A stretch of 64,000 nt of DNA from Candidatus Doudnabacteria bacterium (GTDB lineage: Bacteria > Patescibacteriota > Doudnabacteria > UBA920). The position numbers and the translations under genes are program-made. Positions 57,199 through 64,000 of the stretch are shown in pieces (within the stretch, counting starts at the first letter, position 1; every line of letters starts with the position of its first letter). The DNA lies in contig JAHFJH010000003.1 in NCBI GenBank assembly GCA_023245995.1, positions 1,585-65,584 of the forward strand. Direction: 5' to 3'. The notes below the pieces were generated by a model, which made no database searches, was not told the DNA's origin, and was given only the letters and a program-made list of their open reading frames with translations.

Positions 57199-58944
57199 AT
57201 GCACTTACTGCTCGAATACTTAAAAAATTATAAAAAAATACTTTTCGGCGCACTGTTACTGGCTGTTGTTAACCAAAGCTTTAGCTTAATAGACCCGCAA
57301 ATTTTTAGACTTATAGTAGACAAGTATGCGTCCAGAGTTAACCAAATCCCACACTCAGAATTTTTGCGTGGCGTGCTCTTGCTACTACTAACATCCATGG
57401 CTACAACTTTTGTTTCTCGTGTAGCTAAAAACTTTCAAGACTACTACGTAAACGTAATTACGCAACGCCTCGGCGCCCGCATGTACAACCACTCGGTAGA
57501 CCATTCTTTCTCGCTCCCCTACGCAATTTTTGAAGACCAACGCAGTGGCGAATTCCTAAACAAACTTCAAAAAGCCAGAGACGACGCTCAGAAGCTAGTA
57601 CAAATAAGCATTAACTCTCTCTTTTTTGCTCTTGTAGGCATAGTGCTGGTGTTAAGCTACGCCTTTTATGTACACTGGCTTGTTGGACTTGTCTATTTCC
57701 TAATTATTCCAAGCCTAGGTACTGCCACCTACTTTATTTCTAAAAAAATTAAAACTTCCCAACAGCGAATAATTTTAGAAACTTCCTCCCTTGCCGGTAG
57801 CACCACGGAAACCTTGCGCAATGTGGAACTAGTGAAGTCTTTAGGTCTTGAGCAACAAGAAATACAAAGACTAAACCATGTCAACCAGCAAATACTAGAC
57901 CTAGAACTTAAAAAAGTACGACTTGTAAGAAAACTTTCTTTCTTGCAAGGTACCATGATAAACGCCCTAAGACTTGCACTCCTGTTCCTTATGCTCTGGC
58001 TCATCTCTACCCGAGCCATTACTCTTGGTGAGTTTTTCTCGCTCTACGTTTACTCTTTCTTCATATTTACCCCACTGGGTGAACTTGGCAACGTAGCTGC
58101 TACTTACCAAGAAACCAAGGCTAGCATGGACCGACTAGACATAATATTAAAAACTCCAAAAGAAGTTAAACCCGAGGGTGCAGTAGAAGTGAGCCATGTA
58201 GAAAACATTAAGTTTGAAAATGTTTCGTTTAAATACAGCTCTAGCACAGACAGTGCTTTAGAAAATGTTTCGTTTAACATAGCCCAAGGCAAAACCGTGG
58301 CTTTTGTTGGACCTTCTGGTTCTGGCAAAACCACAATTATAAAACTTATAGTTGGTTTATATCCGGTTACAAGCGGAAAAATATTTGTAAACGACACAGA
58401 AATGCAGAAACTGGACGCACCATACTACCGCACCCGCTTAGGATTTGTTTCCCAAGATACACAACTTTTTGCTGGTACCATTCGTGAAAACTTGTTATTT
58501 GTAAAACCGGACGCTACAGACAAAGAAGCAACAGATGCTTTAAAGTCTGCCTCGGCGCTACCTATAATAGAGCGCGGAGGGAAAGGACTGGATACCGTAA
58601 TTGGCGAAGGCGGACTAAAACTCTCCGGAGGTGAAAAACAGCGCCTAAGTATTGCTCGTGCCATACTCCGTAACCCAGACCTAATTATTTTTGATGAAGC
58701 TACAAGCGCACTTGACTCACTCACCGAACAAGAAATTACCGACACTATAAAAATTATTAAGGTAGAAAGACCAAACCTTATAACCGTTCTAGTCGCCCAC
58801 CGTCTTTCTACCATAGTACATAGTGACACAGTCTACGTGCTAGAAAAAGGTAAAATTGCCGAATCTGGCTCACATCAAGAGCTTCTAGAAAAACAAGGAT
58901 TGTATGGGGCCTTGTGGCGCCAACAGATTGCAGCAAGAGAGTAA
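57199..58944 (+). CDS. ABC transporter, fused permease/ATPase (exporter, MsbA-like)
   Basis: Six-TM domain followed by an NBD: Walker A GPSGSGKTT, signature LSGGEKQRLSIARA, Walker B IIFDEATSALD. Confidence 0.9.
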   Translation: MHLLLEYLKNYKKILFGALLLAVVNQSFSLIDPQIFRLIVDKYASRVNQIPHSEFLRGVLLLLLTSMATTFVSRVAKNFQDYYVNVITQRLGARMYNHSVDHSFSLPYAIFEDQRSGEFLNKLQKARDDAQKLVQISINSLFFALVGIVLVLSYAFYVHWLVGLVYFLIIPSLGTATYFISKKIKTSQQRIILETSSLAGSTTETLRNVELVKSLGLEQQEIQRLNHVNQQILDLELKKVRLVRKLSFLQGTMINALRLALLFLMLWLISTRAITLGEFFSLYVYSFFIFTPLGELGNVAATYQETKASMDRLDIILKTPKEVKPEGAVEVSHVENIKFENVSFKYSSSTDSALENVSFNIAQGKTVAFVGPSGSGKTTIIKLIVGLYPVTSGKIFVNDTEMQKLDAPYYRTRLGFVSQDTQLFAGTIRENLLFVKPDATDKEATDALKSASALPIIERGGKGLDTVIGEGGLKLSGGEKQRLSIARAILRNPDLIIFDEATSALDSLTEQEITDTIKIIKVERPNLITVLVAHRLSTIVHSDTVYVLEKGKIAESGSHQELLEKQGLYGALWRQQIAARE

Positions 58945-58996
58945 ATAATAAAATAATAAATTCAAGCGACAATGAGACTCCATTGTCGCTTTGGCT

Positions 58997-59191
58997 TTAC
59001 AAGAGCTCTTTTTTGCACCATGGACAGTGTGTAATCTTCTCTATCTTTATCGTAAAGGCAAAAATGGCAGCCCTAAACTGTTCTAACCACCAACTATCTT
59101 TATCCTTTAAAATAAGCATGTCCCACTGATCTTCGGGTCTTTGTCTACAGTCATGCTGCTGCCGAATGTTTAGTTCAAACTTTCTATTCAT
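58997..59191 (-). CDS. small hypothetical protein with a C-terminal HCPWC motif
   Basis: Internal ATG with a strong SD (cAAGGAGGtatctATG) gives a 64-aa MNRKFELNIRQQHDC...ITHCPWCKKELL. The track's longer ORF is rejected. Confidence 0.45.
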   Translation of the reverse strand: MNRKFELNIRQQHDCRQRPEDQWDMLILKDKDSWWLEQFRAAIFAFTIKIEKITHCPWCKKELL

Positions 59192-59322
59192 AGATACCTC
59201 CTTGAAATAACAATATCCTATCACAAAATATAATAACGTATATATAATATGACGCTGATTTATATAATATATGTGTATAAATACTGGTATACTTGACATA
59301 TATAAAGTAGACGTCATAATAT

Positions 59323-60063
59323 ATGACTACTATGAATACAAATGAGCTTTTAGAAAAGGTAGGACTAACAAAAAACCAGGCCATGGTATATACAGCTCTT
59401 TTGAAAATGAAGTCTGCCACCGGCTACGCTTTAGCAAAAAGAACGGGCATGAAACGAGCCACTACATATCTTACGTTAGAAGGTTTGGAGCACGAACGAC
59501 TGGTGCACAAAACCATTCGTAGACAAAAACTTTATTTCACTCCAGAGCCTCCAGATAGTCTTCTCAGAAGTCTGAATAAAAAAACAGAGCTAGTAAAACG
59601 AGCTCTGCCAGAACTTGTACACATATTTAACACAGGTGGACACAAGCCATCACTGGAACTATTTGAGGGAAAAGAAGGAATTAAAGAAGCCCTCGATAGA
59701 ATAATTGACTCTACTACCATAAAATTATTCGGTAGTAGCAAAATAGCCAGTGCTATATACCCAGAGGCATTAGGTGTGTTTATTAAAAGAGTTCAAGAAC
59801 AAAAAATAACAGTTCAAGATATTTTACCTAAAAACTCGGCTGAGAACGAATATATAAAGACTCTTGGTCAATATCAAAACTACCAAATAAGACTATCCGA
59901 GGAAAAGTTACATCCACAAAGTGACTTTGCATTATCTTCAGACAGTTTGTATATTTTTACGTATCAACCAGAAATTTATTGCATCTGTATTAAAAACATT
60001 GATATAGTAAGCATGTTTGAAAAGTTTTTCAATTTAGCCTGGAAATCAGCTACCCAAATCTGA
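59323..60063 (+). CDS. TrmB-family transcriptional regulator
   Basis: N-terminal wHTH: LLEKVGLTKNQAMVYTALLKMKSATGYALAKRTGMKRATTYLTLEGLEHERLVHK matches the TrmB N-terminal domain. Confidence 0.7.
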   Translation: MTTMNTNELLEKVGLTKNQAMVYTALLKMKSATGYALAKRTGMKRATTYLTLEGLEHERLVHKTIRRQKLYFTPEPPDSLLRSLNKKTELVKRALPELVHIFNTGGHKPSLELFEGKEGIKEALDRIIDSTTIKLFGSSKIASAIYPEALGVFIKRVQEQKITVQDILPKNSAENEYIKTLGQYQNYQIRLSEEKLHPQSDFALSSDSLYIFTYQPEIYCICIKNIDIVSMFEKFFNLAWKSATQI

Positions 60064-60117
60064 TACAAAAAATTGCAGATATTAATCCTGTTTCTACGAA
60101 ATATAAATTGCCATTTA

Positions 60118-60636
60118 CTACTTTTGAGTTTTAATCTTTTCTATTTCGTCTATTAACTTCCCAAGGGTAATCTCAATTTTATCAAGTGATTCTCTGGTCT
60201 GACGGTCTTTAAGTTCTTCTGCGGTTTCGCCTTCAGTAATGTCTTCTACGTCTTCTTGAATTTCGTCAACGTCTTTTTGGACTTCGTCTATGTCTTTCTG
60301 CACTTCATCAATATCTGCCTGAATTTCGTCAACGTCTTTTTGGACTTCTTCCACGTCTTCGGCAATTTCCGCAACGTCTTCCTCTACTTCTTCCAAGCTT
60401 TGCGTATTCCTATTCACCGTCATTTGAATAAATATGGCTAGGTAAATAGCTTCCAATGAAACCACTGTTGTTAATACCAGCAACATTTTTTCAAACGGTA
60501 CACCAAACAATACCAAAACAAAACACAAAATAAATAGTATGCTATGAACAACTAAAGACGAAATAGACCCAACCCACGCAGTAAAACTAACTGCTAACTT
60601 TTCCAGCTTAGATTCATATACTTTTTGCTTTGTCAT
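60118..60636 (-). CDS. DUF1003-family membrane protein with a C-terminal acidic heptad-repeat tail
   Basis: Two-TM DUF1003 core (...FTAWVGSISSLVVHSILFILCFVLVLFG...LVLTTVVSLEAIYLAIFIQMTVNRNTQ). This is followed by roughly seven 21-nt (7-aa) tandem repeats E[VI]Q[KAE]D[VI]D. Start taken at MTKQK. Confidence 0.6.
   Translation of the reverse strand: MTKQKVYESKLEKLAVSFTAWVGSISSLVVHSILFILCFVLVLFGVPFEKMLLVLTTVVSLEAIYLAIFIQMTVNRNTQSLEEVEEDVAEIAEDVEEVQKDVDEIQADIDEVQKDIDEVQKDVDEIQEDVEDITEGETAEELKDRQTRESLDKIEITLGKLIDEIEKIKTQK
60228..60400. repeat. 21-nt tandem repeats (about 7-8 copies) encoding the acidic heptads of the DUF1003 protein
   Basis: ttcgtcaacgtctttttggac / ttcgtctatgtctttctgcac / ttcatcaatatctgcctgaat ... 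repeated head-to-tail. Confidence 0.6.
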
Positions 60637-60868
60637 ACGCACCCTTTCACAGGACAAACAAAAATCAGTACACGCCTTTGGAAAAGACGTACTGCTTTAC
60701 TTATCCTGCATCCTAATCGTGTGCAAAAAATCTCCCTACCGCATGAAATATTTTGCTCCGGTCAGCATGTATTAATCTATTTTAATTATATCACAATACA
60801 TTATACTTGTAAAGAACAATTTTTAAATTTACTGGCAATTTAGGGCTATTTTAGATATACTAAGCCCT

Positions 60869-61840
60869 ATGAACCGAGGTTTTTGGGATACTCTACCAAA
60901 ACCATTTTTTATACTGGCACCAATGTACGACGTCACTGACGCCCCTTTTCGGCGTATTGTAAGTATGTGTGGTGCTCCAAATGTCTGGTTTACAGAGTTT
61001 GTATCTGCAGACGGCCTCACGTCTACAGAAGGACGAGCACGGCTTATGCATCACCTTACAATTAACAAAGGTGAAAAACCTATAGTTGCGCAACTTTTTG
61101 GAGCAAAACCGGAAAAATTTATTGAAGCGGCTGAGCTCCTGACAGAACTTGGGTTCAGTGGCATAGACATAAATATGGGCTGCCCAGACAAGAATATAAT
61201 TAAAAGTGGCTCTTGCGCAGCACTTTTCAAAAATCCAAAATTAGCGCAAGAAATTATTTCAGCTACTAAACAAGGAGCAGGTGGTCTACCAGTCTCTGTA
61301 AAAATTCGAATTGGCGACACAAAAGTAGACTGGGAAGACTGGATTTCAGAACTGTTAGTAGCAAAGCCCGCAGCAATTTCCATACACCTACGCACCAGAA
61401 AAGAAATGTCAAAAGTCCCAGCCCACTGGGAAATAATGAACGACATAGTCCAGTTTATAGGAAAAAATACTAGCGAGGACAATAGGCCACTTGTAATTGG
61501 CAACGGTGATGTACTAACACTTGCACATGCAAAACAAAAAGTGCTAGACACCGGCTGCGACGGGGCTATGATAGGCCGAGGTGTGTTCCAAAATCCTTGG
61601 GTCTTTGCAGAAGACCTTCCAAGCGCGCACTCATTAAAAGAAAAGGTTAAATTGCTAGCACTACATGCTGAACTTTTTGAGCAACACTTTACCGGCATAA
61701 AACCATTTGAACTTCTAAAACGGTTTTATAAAATTTATATTAACGGCTTCGAAGGGGCTGCGGAACTTCGCGAACAACTGTATACTGCAAATAACAGCCA
61801 AGAACTTAAGACTATATTAAATAACCATAAACTACTATAA
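60869..61840 (+). CDS. dus: tRNA-dihydrouridine synthase
   Basis: ILAPMYDVTDAPFRRI..., INMGCPDKNIIKSGSCAALFKNP, and the catalytic Cys and FMN-binding motifs of Dus. Confidence 0.9.
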   Translation: MNRGFWDTLPKPFFILAPMYDVTDAPFRRIVSMCGAPNVWFTEFVSADGLTSTEGRARLMHHLTINKGEKPIVAQLFGAKPEKFIEAAELLTELGFSGIDINMGCPDKNIIKSGSCAALFKNPKLAQEIISATKQGAGGLPVSVKIRIGDTKVDWEDWISELLVAKPAAISIHLRTRKEMSKVPAHWEIMNDIVQFIGKNTSEDNRPLVIGNGDVLTLAHAKQKVLDTGCDGAMIGRGVFQNPWVFAEDLPSAHSLKEKVKLLALHAELFEQHFTGIKPFELLKRFYKIYINGFEGAAELREQLYTANNSQELKTILNNHKLL

Positions 61841-61843
61841 GTT

Positions 61844-62584
61844 ATGCGCCAAAAATTTTTATTTACTGTTATATTAATACTAGGCATACTTCTCAGCACT
61901 GCATTGTGGATGAACTACGAGCTTAAAACCGAATCTAGCCTGCCCACGCCAACTCCAGTTACCACACACAATACTATAACCACCAACTACCCAGTACACA
62001 CAAATATAACTGCAACAGTATTTTGGGTCGGCGAACCTGTGGGTAACGGCTCCTCAGAAAACAATGCGGTTAGCGCGTGGGATGACGCTTGGCAAAAACA
62101 CTTCGGCTGTTTTGACAACTTCGCAAAAAGAGATGGTTACCTACCGGCTGGTTGCACGCCCAAAGAAAATCCATTTTATTTAGACTTGCCGTACAACGAC
62201 TTTACAGACGCAGGCACTCGAAAACAGGACGTGGCAACAGTTGTGCCTTGGGGTAAAGAAATGCGCGCAGAAGAGTCCCTCATGAAAAACCGCTGGGTTA
62301 AAATTACAAAAAACAACTCAACATGCTATGGCCAAATAGAAGACGCCGGCCCATACGAATACAACGACACTTCCTATGTGTTCGGAAAACAAGACCAACG
62401 ACCGAAGAGCCAAGAAGCAAATAATGCAGGCCTAGATGTGTCCCCCGCCCTGCGTGACTGTCTAAAATTTAACGGACTAAACAACGACGAAAATAAAGTA
62501 AACTGGCAGTTTGTAAACGAGACAGAAGTGCCAGACGGCCCTTGGAAAACTACAGTTACAACAAGCCAAATATTTTGGAAATAA
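61844..62584 (+). CDS. hypothetical secreted protein
   Basis: Signal or TM anchor plus a TPTP linker, then a 200-aa domain with two Cys pairs. No family recognised. Confidence 0.45.
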   Translation: MRQKFLFTVILILGILLSTALWMNYELKTESSLPTPTPVTTHNTITTNYPVHTNITATVFWVGEPVGNGSSENNAVSAWDDAWQKHFGCFDNFAKRDGYLPAGCTPKENPFYLDLPYNDFTDAGTRKQDVATVVPWGKEMRAEESLMKNRWVKITKNNSTCYGQIEDAGPYEYNDTSYVFGKQDQRPKSQEANNAGLDVSPALRDCLKFNGLNNDENKVNWQFVNETEVPDGPWKTTVTTSQIFWK

Positions 62585-62608
62585 TTTTTAACTTATTACG
62601 CAGAACAC

Positions 62609-63055
62609 ATGCAACATACTCCCCCATCTATAGCAGAACTCAAACTACTGCGCAGACCTGTTCGCAACGTTAACCAAGAACATATAGAGCATCTTACTCG
62701 CCTAGAACACCTTGCACTTTGGATTACACAACATGTCGGCACTATGGGATTTTTTATAATTATTTTTTGCTGGACAGTTTTTTGGCTTACGTTTAATACA
62801 CTAGCACCAGCTTCTTTGCGTTTCGATCCGTTCCCAGGGTTTGTGTTGTGGCTATTTATTTCTAACATGATACAAATTTTTCTTATGCCACTCATAATGA
62901 TAGGCCAAAATTTGCAAAACCGACACGCGGAAACGCGAGCCGAGGCAGACTTCGAGGTTAACATTCGTGCTGAACGAGAAACCGAAGCAATCCTCCAACA
63001 CCTAGAAATGCAAAACACACTAATTTCCAAAATACTAGAAAAACTGGATAAATAA
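62609..63055 (+). CDS. DUF1003-family membrane protein (paralog of 60118..60636)
   Basis: ...FDPFPGFVLWLFISNMIQIFLMPLIMIGQNLQNRHAETRAEADFEVNIRAERE... is the DUF1003 consensus region. Confidence 0.6.
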   Translation: MQHTPPSIAELKLLRRPVRNVNQEHIEHLTRLEHLALWITQHVGTMGFFIIIFCWTVFWLTFNTLAPASLRFDPFPGFVLWLFISNMIQIFLMPLIMIGQNLQNRHAETRAEADFEVNIRAERETEAILQHLEMQNTLISKILEKLDK

Positions 63056-63073
63056 TTTTACACCCACTATTCC

Positions 63074-64000
63074 ATGCCCAAATTCGCAAACCCAGACGAA
63101 AAACCAATCGATTACTCAACTTGGCAACTGTTACAAGACACGTGGCGGCGTTTAAAACCATATCGCGGGCAGTTTTTTGTGGCAAGTTTTTTCCGACTAG
63201 CCTCGGACGCAGTATGGCTTTATCCAAGCTACGGCCTTGCGAGTCTTATAAATATTCTTGCTCATGCGCAAACTAACCTTCCCCTAGCTACACATCAGGC
63301 TTGGAAAGTAGTTTGGTTGTGGAGCATAGCCGTAGTCATACGTTTTGGCTGCATGTTCCTTGCAAGAAAAATTGGTTTGTCAATTGCTTCGCGAGTCAAT
63401 GTAGATACTGAAGTTGCAGCACTTAAACACCTTTTTAAAATAGATATAGACTGGCACGAGCGTGAAAACTCAGGGAACAAGATAAAACGCATACAAAGCG
63501 GTGCGGGTAATTTTGATAGAGTTATACAAATTTGGTTTATGAACGTTATAGAAATTTGTGTCAACTTTATTGGTATGACATTTATTATAGCCAAATTTAA
63601 TTTACTTACTGGAGCTATAATGATATTTTTTGCTATAACATACTTTTTACTTTCACGCCGACTAACTCCTTGGGCTGCCCGCAGTGCATACGCTGTAAAT
63701 GCACAGGAAGAAACCATGACGGGCTTAGAATTTCAAGTGGTAAACAATATACGCACTGTAAAAGTTCTTGCTATGGGTGACTCTCTCATGGAAACCCTGC
63801 GCGAACAAGGAGAAGCCTTGTATAAAAAAATTAAAGAACGTATTTTTCGTTTTCAAACTAGGACAAACATATTGCCCATATGGGCGCACATAGTGCGTAC
63901 AGCAGCGGTGATATATGTAATAAAAGGTATTTTACACGGTCAGTTTGAAGTTGGCTTTCTTTTTCTGTTCAGTAGTTATTTCAGCATTATATGGCAATCC
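63074..64000 (+). CDS. ABC transporter permease/ATPase (exporter-type TMD), 3' end beyond the window
   Basis: ATG at 63074, then an open frame to the window end. MPKFANPDEKPIDYSTWQLLQDTWRRLKPYRGQFF... has ABC-exporter TMD features. It is absent from the ORF track because there is no stop. Confidence 0.7.
   Translation, partial: MPKFANPDEKPIDYSTWQLLQDTWRRLKPYRGQFFVASFFRLASDAVWLYPSYGLASLINILAHAQTNLPLATHQAWKVVWLWSIAVVIRFGCMFLARKIGLSIASRVNVDTEVAALKHLFKIDIDWHERENSGNKIKRIQSGAGNFDRVIQIWFMNVIEICVNFIGMTFIIAKFNLLTGAIMIFFAITYFLLSRRLTPWAARSAYAVNAQEETMTGLEFQVVNNIRTVKVLAMGDSLMETLREQGEALYKKIKERIFRFQTRTNILPIWAHIVRTAAVIYVIKGILHGQFEVGFLFLFSSYFSIIWQS

Noticed and set aside
58997-59317. Full 106-aa track ORF on the minus strand
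   Set aside because: The N-terminal 42 codons are AT-rich junk (YIHIYYINQRHIIY). A strong SD precedes the internal ATG, so only the 64-aa C-terminal part is called.
1-64000. CRISPR arrays, rRNA genes, and IS/transposase genes
   Set aside because: No run of regularly spaced direct repeats, no rRNA-like conserved stretches, and no transposase-like ORF was seen anywhere in the window. The only recombinase is the Xer/integrase-type gene at 50758..51753.

Overview
This 64-kb window is gene-dense, has about 40-45% GC, and is almost entirely coding. It looks like a small-genome, likely Patescibacteria/CPR-like bacterium; that taxonomic call is inference only. The basis is many short housekeeping genes, strong AAGGAGG Shine-Dalgarno sites, an alpha2-type GlyRS, DUF11/sortase-signal surface proteins, and pilin-like domains.

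Confident core genes:
- The str operon on the minus strand: rpsL, rpsG, fusA, then an unusual 2.4-kb insertion, then tuf.
- rpmB, glyA, uppP, a PAP2 phosphatase, parB, leuS, tatD, metG, nfo, ilvE-like aminotransferase, an M16 peptidase, glyS, tgt, pnp, rpsO.
- A Xer-type tyrosine recombinase, a yvcK/CofD-like gene, DedA, an RsuA/RluB pseudouridine synthase, dus, a class-A PBP, and three ABC-transporter genes.
- Five tRNA or tRNA-like loci: tRNA-Pro(GGG), tRNA-Leu(CAA), tRNA-Arg(GCG), tRNA-Arg(UCU), and an unfoldable tRNA-like 3' half.

Most interesting observations:
- An orphan RHS/YD-repeat C-terminal toxin cassette butted directly against the tgt stop codon. It ends the core at ...YSYARNNPILYNDPTGQ and is followed by a glycine-zipper C-terminal domain and a tightly coupled small acidic immunity-like gene.
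- A glycine T-box riboswitch upstream of glyS, with the motif AAACAGGGUGGAACCGCGGG, a UGGA bulge matching the tRNA-Gly discriminator U, and an overlapping terminator.
- A roughly 35-nt double-hairpin RNA motif present at three loci, with compensatory stem changes.
- A GC-rich (~53%) single-gene island.
- Two small GIY-YIG nuclease genes (one intact, one frameshifted), each abutting tRNA genes.
- A duplicated, degenerate copy of the integrase 3' end that brackets the yvcK-like gene.
- A Phd-like, GT2 and P-loop-kinase insertion between fusA and tuf.

No CRISPR array, rRNA gene, or recognisable IS/transposase was seen.

Coordinates of hand-folded RNAs may be off by about 1 nt.
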